From Klebsormidium nitens (taxonomy: Eukaryota; Plantae; Klebsormidiophyceae), in NCBI GenBank assembly GCA_000708835.1, contig DF237005.1, forward strand, positions 163,943-227,942: a stretch of DNA of 64,000 nt, read 5' to 3'. Each line of letters starts with the position of its first letter. Within the stretch, counting starts at the first letter, position 1. Shown here in pieces: positions 1-12,399 of the stretch. The notes under the pieces are model-generated. The model worked only from the letters and a program-made list of their open reading frames with translations, did no database searches and was not told the DNA's origin. The position numbers were made by a program, and so were the translations under genes.

Positions 1-503
1 TATATCGGGTTTAAGTTCTCTCCGTAAGCGAAGGACGATATTGTCCGTTAGCAGGAGCGCGGAGTGAGAGGCGTATCAATGGATCAGAGATGAAAAGTTA
101 AAGGCATGGCAGGATGAAAGTTTGAATACGATCAAGACGCAGAAAATAGCTCAAGAAGATGACGAACCTATTGCGACTCTTCCAGCACTAATTGAGTTCG
201 CCCAACGCATTGCCGGGCGCTGTCAGAAGTACCAGGATTACATGGTGCTGACTAGATGGTTGACTGCACACGACGGACCTCTACATCGATCGACCCCTTC
301 TGTACGCTTTCCGGAACTGGTGCGACATGCTGTGCCGGGTTGCAGCAGAAAAGACCCCTCGTGCAGGGTTCCCCCCTCTCATTCGTGCTTGGGGCGCAGT
401 ACAACGAGTTCTTTTCATCACTGTCAGCTTTGTGAGGTTTAATATAAACGAAACTGAAAAAGAGAAGATATCTGTTGGGATCAAGGCGGTATCTCTGCCC
501 CAC

Positions 504-3500
504 CTGAGCTGCGCGCGCGTCCCCCGGGTCGACCGGCTTGTCCGCGCGCGCGTGGCCCGCCACCTCGAGCGCCTCCCCAATCAGCACGGGGTCGTCAAGT
601 GCTGTGAGGTAACGCATCAGAGGGCTTCAAAAGCAAAATTAGAATGGTTACATAAAAGCTTTGTTTTCGATACGCATCTAATCAACCGGCGTGCTTTTTC
701 TTAAGATCAAGTTGCAGACCCCGGAGACCGGCCAGGTTTTCTTAGTTAAGCCAAGAAGGCGGCTTAGCCAACGAATGTCTGGTTCCTCAAAGCGTACCCG
801 GAAAATGGCTCTTTCTAGAGAGTCCGATGGTCTGTCAAAGCGCGGTCGAGAACTCCGGACCTTAACGGCTTGGATTGTGAGCATGTTCGAAACCTATCTA
901 CGTACGCAACCAAGTTTGCGCCAACCAAAGCGCCGGAGCGCTTTGATCTGCGCTCCTTCGTTCCGTGTCTTTTCACCGGCACTCTCAAGTACGGCAGTCC
1001 CACCGAACCCAGGGAGGTACGTTCAAAAGGAGCGCGCGCACGCGCACCTGGCTTGTACCCGTGCGGGTAGCGCGGCTCGTGCGCCGCGACGCGCTCCGCG
1101 GCCTCGTTGAACGCCGCGGCCGCCTGCATGTGCGCCGCGATGCCGCGCGCGTGCGACACGTGGAACGGATCGTTGCGCTGCTCCGCGCTCTGCACGCGCC
1201 GCGCGTCTTCGCCCGTCGCGGGCTTGTCCATCGGCAGCCGCCGGGCCGCGTCCTGCAGCGACGGGTTTCTGGAAGTCGTAGAAAAGTTTTCCCAAAACTT
1301 TGAAGGTTACCCGAATTTTACCCCTTGAGTTGGAAGCTGTAAGAAATCTGCAGACTTTCCCATTTTTTGGGCTTTTTGAAATCATCATATTTCTTGCGGA
1401 GATTGGAGATCTGCGGATCTTATGGGCTCAAAACTTTAAATGCCCCTTTGCGCTACCAAGGGAAGGGGAATAACAACTTGCAAACATGATGGAGTACCTC
1501 CAGAGCCCTACCCAGTTGCAGTTAACAACTAGGAGTTGCTGACATCATGAATAAAAGTGGCAGCGATGTTTCACTAGCAACTCCAGACAATCAGGAAATC
1601 GTTGAACGGCGGCTCTAGAGCTTCGAGAGCGCACGTTGATCTCTAGCATCCGTCGCGCTTGCTTCGGTCCTGCTTTTGCTTCACTGTTGGTAGACAGATC
1701 CAAACCCAGCGTGCTCAGCAAGCCCGCGAGGTCAGCTTACACTAGTTGCCTTTTCAAAGGCTCATCCTAGGAAGAGCCCTGTGAACAGGATGCAGAAGGC
1801 GCGGAAATTCTGAGAAATGTTTTGGAAGCAGACTTTTAAGACCCACCTTGAGAACCTCCCCTAGTCTGTGGGGCGTCCCCTCGTATGTCACCGTTCCGTC
1901 CGTCTCAAAGATCAGCTTCCGCTCGTTCTCGGTCGCCGCCTTTTCTGCTTCGGCGGCCAGATCACTGCTGATCTGGACTCCCGAGGTCGCCCTTGCCACT
2001 GCGCTCTGCACCGAAGTACAGTTGGAGGCACTAAGGAGGGTTCCAGAGACATTCCAGAAGCATTTTAGAAGAGAGTTGTGAAAAAAAATTGTCCGCTGGT
2101 AACTTTCCCGTTGCTTCGAGTTGTTACGAATGTGCACAGACAATCACATCAAGGAACGGTTAGGTAAGATACCTAACTCTCGGCTGATAGAAGCCTTCTC
2201 AGCTATCCATGCTGAAAAGTTACACGCGTTCCCAGATTCCTTCTCCTCCGTCTGATCTTGAGAGGGCAAGAGTGTCTTCAACTCAGAGTCTCGCTTCTTA
2301 CATGTCCTTCTGGGCGGAAACTATAAGCTAGTATAATCTCCGCGAAGCTGTCTCTGGTAAATTCACCAGACCTCGCCTCGTCAAAGAGGGCGTCGGAGGA
2401 CTGGTCCTACCTCAAGCGACCAAATTGGCCCGCATCAGGGCCAGCTTAATTGGCGAAGGCAATTTTCAAGATGGGATGTGATCCATCACTTTGATTTTTC
2501 CCCCAGGACTCGAATCAAAAGTGTACCTTGAAACCTGACGCCCTTTGGATCACTTCCATATGAACAAAAAGAGATAGAGTTTAAGCTCTCTTAAGACCGC
2601 CTAACAATACTGCTTGGCCGGGGGGTTTAAGCCTGACCTGGATGGCGCTCGCGTCGCTCGCGTCGACGGGCTTGTCTCCGCGCGCGTGGCCCGCGGCCTC
2701 GAGCGCCTCTCCGATGGTGACGCTGTCCTCTCCGCGCTTGGCTGCAGAAAATAGGGAGCCGCTTATCGTGCAGATTTTGGTGGGTTCAGGAGTATTGGCA
2801 GTTTTGTTCGAATTCCTCTCGATTCTGCTCGGATGAATCTTTTCAATTTGGGGCAAAACGCGTGTCAAGACGAGCGGTTCAAAGTGTTTCTAGTGCGACA
2901 AACACGAGCTGATCCGCAACCTACATTCAGCTGGACTTTGAACCCGACAAAAATACTTCAAAGGGATCTATTTTGCGCCCCTTCTTCTGGTCAGCTATCC
3001 GCAGGAAAATTCCAGAGACAGAGAATCACGTGCTAGTCCTGATCAATAACTTTCCCTTTTTCTTTTCGCGCAAAAATAGGTGCCCATGTTTTGAAATCCT
3101 CTCATTGTTTTACCAGTGCCCATGAAAACATTCGCGCGGCAAAGTCACATCCAAAATTACTCTCTGCTTCGTTCCAAAGCTCGCTCCTGGGAAAGGGCCC
3201 AAGACAGGCTTCGCTCACTTCTTCAACTCAAAGCAATTAGTACAAACTGAAACTATCATGAACCCCTGCATACATTCGCAAAAAAAGTCGTTGCTTCCGT
3301 ACTCAATCAACACTGAGCCGACCTCTTCCACGACGACCCACTTCATCCCTCTCACAACGTCCTGGACCTTTCTTCCAATCCTTGGTCAAGTATCTTGATT
3401 GCATTTCTCCAAACTACTTTTCCTGCCTGAAAACCCTCCCCTCAAGCAATTTCCCGTCACATTTTCTCTGACTACCCCAACCACATTTTCTCGGAAGCTT

Positions 3501-3978
3501 CTCCGCCCCCTGACAACCACCCATCAAACATATTTCAACTTCATTTGCCCACTAGCTCGGGGCTTCCCGGCTCACCGAACTCCTTGTGTAGCTCCTCGGA
3601 CAGGCTGGGCCCCCTACGGGGGGACAGCGGCGCCTGCGGCTTGCCCCCCCGCCGCTTCTGCGCCCGGTGCTCCTGGAAGCGCGCGCGCGCGTCCTCGTCC
3701 GACTCGCCCACCTCAGCCTGCTGACGCCCCGCTGACGTGGCGATCGTGGGCGCGCTCTCCTCGCGTAGCTGCTCCATGCCGCCCAAAGTGTGCGCGCGCG
3801 CCTCCTTCGCCCGGGGCCCTTCCCCGTGGGATGCGAAGCTCTCGGGGAGCTGCTTGCGCCGCAGGCCCTGTTCTTGGGTGCCAATGTGCCCGGGGTCCGT
3901 CTGTTGGGGCCTTTCTGTAGCGCCCGGAGGAGTGTCGGTCTTCTGGCGCTTCTCGTCGGTCGCCTGTTGGCTCGCCAT
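504..3978 (-). CDS. Late embryogenesis abundant protein, seed maturation protein (SMP / LEA D-34, PF04927-like) family; last exon(s) unresolved, probably beyond the window's left edge
   Basis: Phase-compatible GT-AG exons 3978-3576, 2741-2638, 2005-1847, 1252-1048 and 601-504. They encode VTIGEALEAAGHARGDKPVDASDASAIQSAVARATSG..AAEAEKAATEN, HRLGEVLKDAARRLPMDKPATGEDARRVQSAEQRN..GIAAHMQAAAAFN and VLIGEALEVAGHARADKPVDPGDARAAQ, matching the SMP consensus TIGEALEA...DKPVD.SDAAAIQAAE.RA. Confidence 0.85.
2386..2544. mobile_element. Short dispersed element with terminal inverted repeats (MITE-like), copy 1, in LEA intron 2
   Basis: Begins GAGGGCGTCGG and ends CTGACGCCCT (inverted). The first 60 nt are about 90% identical (6 mismatches by eye) to 31902-31961, and the 3' end AGTGTACCTTGA..CTGACGCCCT is also shared. 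Confidence 0.6.
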
Positions 3979-5161
3979 GCTTTGGTGGGTGCGAACACTT
4001 TAGAGCCGCAGTTGGATGCTTAAGGAAGGGGCGGCTTTGTAAAGCGGCTTCCTGCGCTTTAGTTGAATATGCTCGAAAGAGATCAGGCCCGACTTGCACA
4101 GGGGTTCTCCCCTCCCGTTCTCCTTTTGGAAGTCAAAAGACTCTTTCTTTGACCGGAGACACGCGGCCTTACGCCCCTCTCTCTGGTTCGCAACAGCAAG
4201 GAGCTTCAGGTTCGATCAAGCACAACCCAGCCAGTGTTGACATCTACCAAGCACGGGAAGACTTCAGGCTACCTGCCTAGATTGGACTTGCCGACTGATC
4301 AAGACAGCAAAATCTGGCAGGTCTCACGTGGGATGACATATGCAGATCTAGGGTTAGGACTGTGCTGTACACCAGGAATGATACGTCAGATGTAAGGCAA
4401 AACCATGATACCGAGTGCGTCCCAAGATCTTTAGACTGCATGAGTCGTCGACTCGTCCCGATTCGCAAGATCGAGAGGCGAATTGGCCATTGGAGAGCGC
4501 AAGCACAAGCTCGCGCCACGCGGAGCCCAGAGATCAGGTCTTTACGCGACAATCATAAGCTTCTGAGAGGATGGTCACTGAAGCTTCAATTGCACTGAAG
4601 CAGGCCTAAGTGGGCAATCAGTCTTGTCTGATTATGATTCGAAAGATGACAGTCTTCTGGGACTTTTATGTTGCAAAACAAAGATTCAGACGTTGGTCAG
4701 AAGTTTGTTCACTCCGTCAGCTGAGGATGCCAATCATGTGTGTCTATCTACAGCGTACCAGACCAGACCTCTTCTCAGTTCTAGCAAGTAGAATAAATCA
4801 ATAGTCGCGACGTTATTCAAGGACGCCACACATGAACCATGACCCAGACATGACGATGTTGAGTTGCACAAAACTATGGGAGGGTCACCGATTCACGACC
4901 CGTATGATGAAGGTGTCATGCTACTTCATAATTACAGATTGCTTTCGAAAGTACCGGAAGCAGATATCGACCTGCCAACTTTGCTTTTAACTTTCATCAG
5001 CCTAGACTGGCAGCTAAGAAAATATGAGAATCCTATACCTTATCTGCCCTTCTCCAGTCACCTCTACAGCTCTCTTAACCTGACCCTGACTAAACTTGCG
5101 CTGCCTGACAGCGGCTGGAATGCCCTTTGTAGCAACGCAGCTGCCTATAAGCACCTTCTAC

Positions 5162-5205
5162 TCGTCTTCCCGCTTTCTTAACCGCTTTCTTAACCGCTTC
5201 CTTAC
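5162..5205. repeat. Short tandem repeat (CGCTTTCTTAAC-like 12-mer, about 3 copies)
   Basis: ttcccgctttcttaaccgctttcttaaccgcttccttac, just downstream of the esterase stop codon. Confidence 0.7.
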
Positions 5206-5332
5206 AATTGTCTCGTTCCTGTATTTACTTGCATGTCTCTTAAGACGCCTTTCCCTATCACTGAGCACCTTACATCTCCTCTCTAGATTTATTCTGGCTG
5301 AGACTCGACCCAACGAAAACCTGCAACAACGG

Positions 5333-8300
5333 CTAAATGCCGAACGGATAGGTTTGAGGCTGCTCGTCTGCCTCCTCGATCCTACTCCAAACGGACTCTT
5401 TGTCCAGGGGTTCTACCGCGCGAGTCTGGTCGATGTGAATGATCTTGTCATGCTGCTTGAAGACCTGCAGCGGGAAAGGAAGCAACCGGTGACCAACTCT
5501 CCTGCCATCACCCTGTGACGTGATCATGCTTATCTTTTTTTGAGATAAGCACTCGAGGTCTGGGAAGCGACTGCAAAAACGAGTCACGATCAACACATAA
5601 AAGTATGATTTATGATTCCAATACGTCTCCTGCAGACGTTCCAAAATGGAGGCCAGTTGGAGGGGTCTGATTGTCATTGGAAGAGCTTGTCGAACTCCAT
5701 GGGAATTCAAGTATGATTCGAATAATGATTTGATTTGAAAGTCTGCAAGATCTGAAACAAGCCCACGTTTGATGGAGGAAAAGGCTCCCCTTACGTTATT
5801 CACGGCTCTCCGTGCTTACAGTTTGGAAGACAAAGCTGCGTCCAAAAAGCGCGTAACTTGAACGCAGAGATATTCGTCTTATGTAAACCTGACCGCCTAT
5901 GTGGAGGGCCCCTAAAAGGGCCAATAACAGAGTTTCGTTAGCGGTAACCGCGTCTTGTGCCTGCTGCATGCTCAAAAAAACAGGTGACTCCAAGTTGATC
6001 TCAGCCGCTCATCACAAGAAAGTCGACGCTCACCTTGGCCCTGTAGTAGTTGTCACGATCCTGAGTTTCCTCTGAGTAAACGAGACCGATGGAGCGCTTC
6101 CAGAGGCAGAGCTCGCGCGGCTCGACCCACCGGCAATCGAGCAGGAAGTTTGTGGGCGACACCTGACAAGAAGAGAAGGCTTAACGGTCGCCCTGGGCCG
6201 GCCAGCTGTGATACACACGGGCCGATTTGAAGCTCAATCAAGCTTTGTTCTGTGGGGACCTCATCCCAGCTTTTATAATGCAGGGTATGTTTCTCTCAAG
6301 GAATCCGTCAACCAGGTCTCAGAAACGGTGAGGACGAATCTGTGCCAGTGCTAACAAAGACAAAAGGACCGTAAGGACTTTAAAGTATCAAAGTCAGCCA
6401 CATAATGGACTCCCAAAAAGAAACCTTCCGTTCTTTAAAGTTGTTGGAATGGAAGGTCGCGTTTCCACGATCATTGAACAAAATTCAGTCTCTTGGTCCG
6501 CCGTTTGCTGACGCTACTCATGTTTCATCGTAGCCACGGTGGAAGGCCAATTTCCAAGCAAGGGAATGTCGATTGTAAGGTTTTTATCAGACCACTTAAC
6601 ATTTGAGATTGCCAGAAGCGACTAGAATCTGGACCCTGCAGCTCGATGCCTTGATCTTTTCCGATGGGTAGGCTCCCTCACCTCGTGCAGGATTTTTTCG
6701 AGGGTGCCTGGAAAGGGTGGCTTTAGTCGCACGCACCGCCCCGGCTCGCCCCAAGCAGAAGCCGCAGTCAGGGTTCCGGAGTATGTGCTGCGTATAGAAC
6801 GGAACGGAGTGGGTGCGTTTGAAAGGATTTCTTGCCCGGAGCGCTGATTCACACTCTCAAACATAACATGGGACCAGAGAAGAGCCCTTCTTGGCTGAGA
6901 TATCAGCTAGGTCAAAGGGGCATAGAAACTTAAGTTCTGCCCTGATACGTACTTGGGGGGGGCAGGATTCTCCTCCAGGTGCTGCCCCCCAAGGTAGGAA
7001 AATGCGTCCTCTTTCTTTCATGAGTTGGAACCAACGGAAGCAGTGCCTGTCAGCCGAATCACGAGCTTGTTTGTCGAAATATAAAGCTCGGTGCGAAAAA
7101 AGAAATGAACCAGAAAGGAAACAACATCGACAAAGAGAAACCTGAGAAGAAGCAAGGCGTAAGAAGGGGAAACGTGTACCTGAATCCAATACTGACTGCC
7201 TGCTCCCCGTACTTCTCCTTCACCAGCTGCCCCATGTTCGCCTGATGCCACTCCCAGGCAACCTCCGTCTCGCGCGCATCGCTGACGTGGCAGTTGTGCG
7301 CCCACACGACGGCGCGGCACACCCCCCCGCACAGCGCCTCGCAGTGCTCCTTGAGGGCTGCAGAATCGCATGGCGGCAGATGAAGGCGTGATTTGGTGTT
7401 CGAATTGTCGAATCTCTGCTCCAAGTCGTCTTTTCTGACTGATCGCAGGACAAGATTGGTTGTCAAATGCGTTTAGTCGGCAAGAAAGGATTAGTGGGAC
7501 CACATCAGCTTCTCCGGGAGGCGGAATCTGCGAAGCCGCATCCCTTGAATCTTGGTGACGATTGCTTCGACAACAGGGTTTCAAGACCTTCTTCTCGTTT
7601 GATCAGAAGAACTTCACTGTGCGACCCGCTTTGAGTATCTCTCTTGGGTGCTTTCAACAATAGCCAGCACGTTTGTGACTTGCGAGAATAAACGTCTCAC
7701 CTTCTAGTGAGTTGAACATGTGCCTGTCGCGAATGGTCCAGGCGTCCTCGTAAGACTCGTAAATATTGCGGTAGTAGACCTCCGCATCTTTCACCACGAC
7801 GGCGTTCTGCAGCACGTCCAAGGTTGGAGGATGGAACTTCGGCATGCCGTACAGCGAGATTAGCTGCCAACCCATGGACGTAATTCACCCCTACCCTAGT
7901 TTGCCTCCAGTCGCGCTGCTTCCTGCATTTGATCCCAGAGGCAGGGCCGTGGACTTGCTGGCTGGACACGAAGTCGAGCGAGCAGGCGCGAAAGCTTTCC
8001 CGTGCGCGAGCACAGATTTGAGCACTTACCGGATTCTGGAGCTTGCAGCGAACCGTCCTTTTCTACAGGATCTAACCGTAAGACCATCAATCCGTCGTCT
8101 CAGAAAAGTTCCAGAGCTGTGAACTTTTCTGTCTCTGGGAGCAAGACAGGAAAGTACATTCCATAAGCGAGCGCTCCGTCCTTCACCTGCAACGCGAAGA
8201 AGTACTCGTCGTCCTGGCACCGGTGGCGGCCCGCGCGCACGCCCGCGGGCGGCCCCATCGCGCGCACGTCGCGCAGTAAGCACATGACGTCACGCTCGCA

Positions 8301-10671
8301 GCCGGGACGGCCGCCGGCCGCGGAGGCCGCGAAGCCGTACGTGTGCGGGTCGGGCGCGTACGCGGCAAGGCCGCGGCAGACCCGCCTGCAAAAGCGAACG
8401 TTAACCCGCAAAGGTTAAATATTGAAAGAAGCCACTTCAGTTTGCAGAAAAGAACGTCACTCCGCAGGAAATTGCTTGGAAACCTAGCTAGGCCTATTGA
8501 GGTTGCAGAACGTACATCGATCCGGACGATCTTAAGAGCTGTCTGATGTGAAAAGAAGATAACGCCAACCCGCAAGTGTTACACGGAACTGCTAATTCAG
8601 TTGCCTCTTGGATTGTGCAGAATATTGCGACTTGCATCGCTCAGATTTGCTGTCGGAAGCCAATCGTATCTGCAAGGGCTCATTTAAGACCCGGTCTCGG
8701 CGAATCCAGAAGAATCTGCGGGAGAGCTTCCGACCTTTCAAAAATCGAATTGCCTGACTAGATCCGAGCAACATCAACGATCGTTGGCAATTCATTGCGA
8801 AGACAATGCGTCGATACCTCACCTCGCTCGCTCCGCTGCTTTGGGGTCCTTTTTCTCTAAGTACTGGATAACTGCCTCTAGTGACTTGTATAGTCCGTGT
8901 AGGTCAACCCCGTGAATCGAGACCGCGTTTCTGCACAGAACGAGGTCAAACATTTCGAAACACAGATCCTTGAACCGCCTGTCCCATCAATGTCGAGATT
9001 AAAGGAGCAGCTCCACGTCATCATGCTGGTTGGCGGACTCGATCAGCAGAGCTGCATGTCAAGCAAATAAGTAGAAAGCGACGCATCCAGTGTAAATGGA
9101 GGAAGAAATATTGAGGCGCACGCACATGTCTTTTTGAGATCTATACATATGACCTTTGACGTCCCGTGCTTGAAAGCATTCGAGGAGAGCACTCGAGGAG
9201 TCATTCCAGGCAGGTAGTTCGACATCTCGAAGCAAACTCCCTGCCATGGAGCAGCAAATGTCTTCCACAAGACCCTTTAAGATTTCGAATTCCGTGAGAA
9301 AGTGCAAGACGACGTGCAGACGCAAAGTATGTGGAATCTTCAGAACTGGTTTCTCTGACACGCGAGCTTCACTTAAGGTCTCAAAACATAGCGTACCCTT
9401 TTGAATCCTCCTTCGAGAGCGCCTTCCTGCGCGAAGATCATATTCAATGCTTGTTTTTGTGGATGATGGGGTTCGATGAGAAGAGGCTGCACGACTTTAA
9501 TTCGGAATCTTGTCGAGTGCTCAGCATCGAGGTCACAGTTCAAGTGCATGGGACAAGGAGCTCAGCAAGACTACTGAGCAACGGGAAAAGGCATTGATTT
9601 CACGGCCTCAGTCAATCAGATTCTTCACGAGTTCCGTTCGTTTCGTTCTTGGCTACTAGATCATTTCAAGCGTCGCAGAAATGAGGAGTAGGAAGCGTCC
9701 TTTGCACTCATTGATCTCTGCATCAATGTTCAACCTCCAGTGTCTGTTGTTTCCTCACTCGTTGTGCTCCCTGGCCCACTCCAGGAACTCCTCCACCACT
9801 GTGTTCCGCCACATCCACAGGGGGTATCTCTTAAACCCCGAGAGCGCCGCGGCCGCGCTGCCGTCGGCCGACGCGCCGCTGACGTAGCGATCCACGCGTG
9901 CCATGTCAACCAGATCTGCCTCGCACACCACCAGCGAGAAATCCTGAACGAGGATTCAGAAATCATTTGAAAGTCTGTTTTCAAATCCTGATACCATCCT
10001 GATAGTAGCTGACGTTCGCTTTGTGAAACATTGGATGCACGGCTCTCGAGCTGCGGGGACGAATCGAAAACCAGGTTCCCTTAACGTCCGTGGAATGCTC
10101 TGACCTCCATCACCTAATGCCCCCAAGTCAAGCACACTGCAGAATCTCCTGAAGAGAAGATTCTTTAGCGGATGAGAAGTAACACAAACGAAATCAAATC
10201 CAGCATCAGAAGAAAAGGTGTCCGATGCGAATGGATATGGGTACAGCTTTTCGTTAACAACCTTGGAAGCCGTAGAAGCTACTCAATGCTATGTCATACA
10301 TCTATCAGCACCGCAAATCTGAACGTCAGTCACAGAGACTCTGAGTACCAGGTTTTCTCCCTCACCTTCTGTTCAATGAGGCGCTTGGTAATCCTGGCTC
10401 GTTCTTCATAGAATTCGTGCGTCCCGTGTGTCGCCTCCCCAATCATCACTATCTGCGCATCGCCGATCTGTCGTAGCAGCTCGTCATATCGTTTTTCTGT
10501 CCCATTAGGCAGCTCAAAAGCATGAGACCTGATTCCTTCGAGATGTAGCTTCAGACCTGCATCCTGTGTGCTTTTCCCTGATGAGGACGAGAGGTACGTT
10601 GCTTCCTCGCGGTCGATGCCTATCCTTCGGCTTCGCGTGTCGTAATACGCTGAAGTTTCACCGGCGTCCAT
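5333..10671 (-). CDS. Erythromycin esterase (EreA/EreB, PF05139) family hydrolase, 9 exons
   Basis: Phase-compatible exons 10671-10366, 9953-9759, 8930-8823, 8385-8187, 7806-7701, 7357-7180, 6787-6682, 6162-6034 and 5464-5333. Motifs: [103 protein letters not shown] and [24 protein letters not shown]. This is the motif order of the bacterial family. Confidence 0.9.
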
Positions 10672-11524
10672 TTTGCGTGAAGTATTGCCCAGCTTGACTT
10701 TGAAACTTAGGCTCTTTTAATGAGTTCAATCACCAGCTACAAACTGCTCGATCCGCCAAGGACCTTCTTGCTTTCGTAGCCTATTTTAGCTGAGAGCAGG
10801 GAAAGTGGTTAAGAGAAGCTTCTGCAGCCCCAGAGAAGCCTGCAGTACAGAATCTGCAGACAAAATATTGAAGCCAGGATTCCGGAATGTGGTCGGCAGC
10901 ATGACCTTATCATTGGGTTTTCCGCGGATAAGATACCGAATGATTGCAACTCAGAGCTTACCGCGCTACAGGATGCTTAAATGCAAGGCATCTTTGACGT
11001 CTAGTCGCCTGAAAACGCGCGAAGGCTAAACATCTTCTGCTGACCCGCTTGTTCAGTATTCGTCTGTGCAAGCCGCCTCAACCACAGTCTACGTCTTACC
11101 TGCGCGCACCTTTGGCAGTAAAGGATATTTATTCAAACGAAGCTTGTGAAGAAAGCTGCGTACCGAGCAAGATTAGAATCTCGCAGAGCCAATCCGGTCT
11201 TTGAAGCCTCGACCCTAACCCGAATCTACATCCGTTTGCTTCCCGCATCAGCAACCTGGTCTCAACTCGAATGAGCTTTATTTGGTTTGACCAACTTTTG
11301 GTACTTATGTTAAAAAGCATAAGGACTTGCTTTGGACTCCTGCAGTTCCCAGAGGGCATCTGTCCCCTGTCTGTCCCTGAGCTGAAGCTACACTGTTTGA
11401 CTTTCATGTGGCGGTCAATCCACCGCTAGCTGCTTTTTAACGCCTTCTCTTCACCAGTGCTCAGAACAAATTGCAATCGACCGCCAGCCAGGCTGGCTCA
11501 GCCCAAGCGGGCGATATCTAGGTG

Positions 11525-11586
11525 ACGTGGACTCACTAAGCAGGCGACGTGTCCTGCGTAAGGTCCCGATGAGAAGCTGCACGTGG
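11525..11586. promoter_or_regulatory. Cluster of three ABRE/G-box-like ACGTG cores upstream of the esterase gene
   Basis: gACGTGG (11525), gACGTGTC (11547) and CACGTGG (11580) lie within 62 bp, about 0.85-0.9 kb upstream of the ATG at 10671. Confidence 0.4.
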
Positions 11587-12399
11587 GTGCACGCGCATTG
11601 GAAGAAAGATGGATAAAGATATGCAAATCCGATATGCTGATTAGATACTTTTGCTTCGGCTTGTGAACAATTTCCATGGGACCGCGCGCAGATGAAAATT
11701 GAACACTCATCGTCGGAGCATTACCCGATCCTTCAAATCACCTGTCTTGGTGCAATCGAAGTTTCGATGCATCTTCGTGCATGCCAGGGAACGGGGTAAT
11801 CTGCTTCTAAGCTTCTGATGTCTTCCCGGCAGATACGAGGCCACATGCATCGACAAAATTGGTCATTGCTGGGATCCCGCAAGCCAACCAGATTTTCGAT
11901 GGCCCTTGCTGCAATAAAGCTGCGACTATCGCACAGTGGCCACTCTTTCGTAGAGATCGACTTTGAGGATGCTGAGTGCGTCGCCCATACCAAAGGGTTT
12001 TTAGGCATGCCCTGGGCCCGCACCATGATGGGAGAGACTGGGAACAGCTCATCGCACCAGATCCAATAGAAGAATTGGGTGCGATAAAGCTTAGGCGCTG
12101 ATCTGTCATAGACTTACCGCGTTCATGTACGGATCTGAAGAGTTGGGTGATGTTATCCGACCTGCATGACCATCATACTTCAAAGCTTATAGTAAATGAG
12201 AGTTCGTGTCCCTCATTTAGAAAAATGGATGCGACGTGACTTGATTAGAGTTTGGTCTAGCAAGTGATCAACCGTCGCACGCGTGAATTTTCGAAAGTTA
12301 CATGATCGAGCCAGCTGACAGTGACCGTCAAATTCTAGTAATTAAGGGCAGCTTTCAACAACTCTAGCTGCATCGCAATTGATCAGGAATATCCGAAAC

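Noticed and set aside
4864-5518. Plus-strand ORFs of 105 and 140 aa downstream of the esterase
   Set aside because: No recognisable homology; they overlap the 3' UTR, a microrepeat and the antisense last exon.
9043-9110. Apparent frameshifted VAFY/LLDMQ match to the esterase GFYGLDLYS motif
   Set aside because: The real exon was found at 8930-8823 ([10 protein letters not shown]) with correct phases, so the gene is not a pseudogene.
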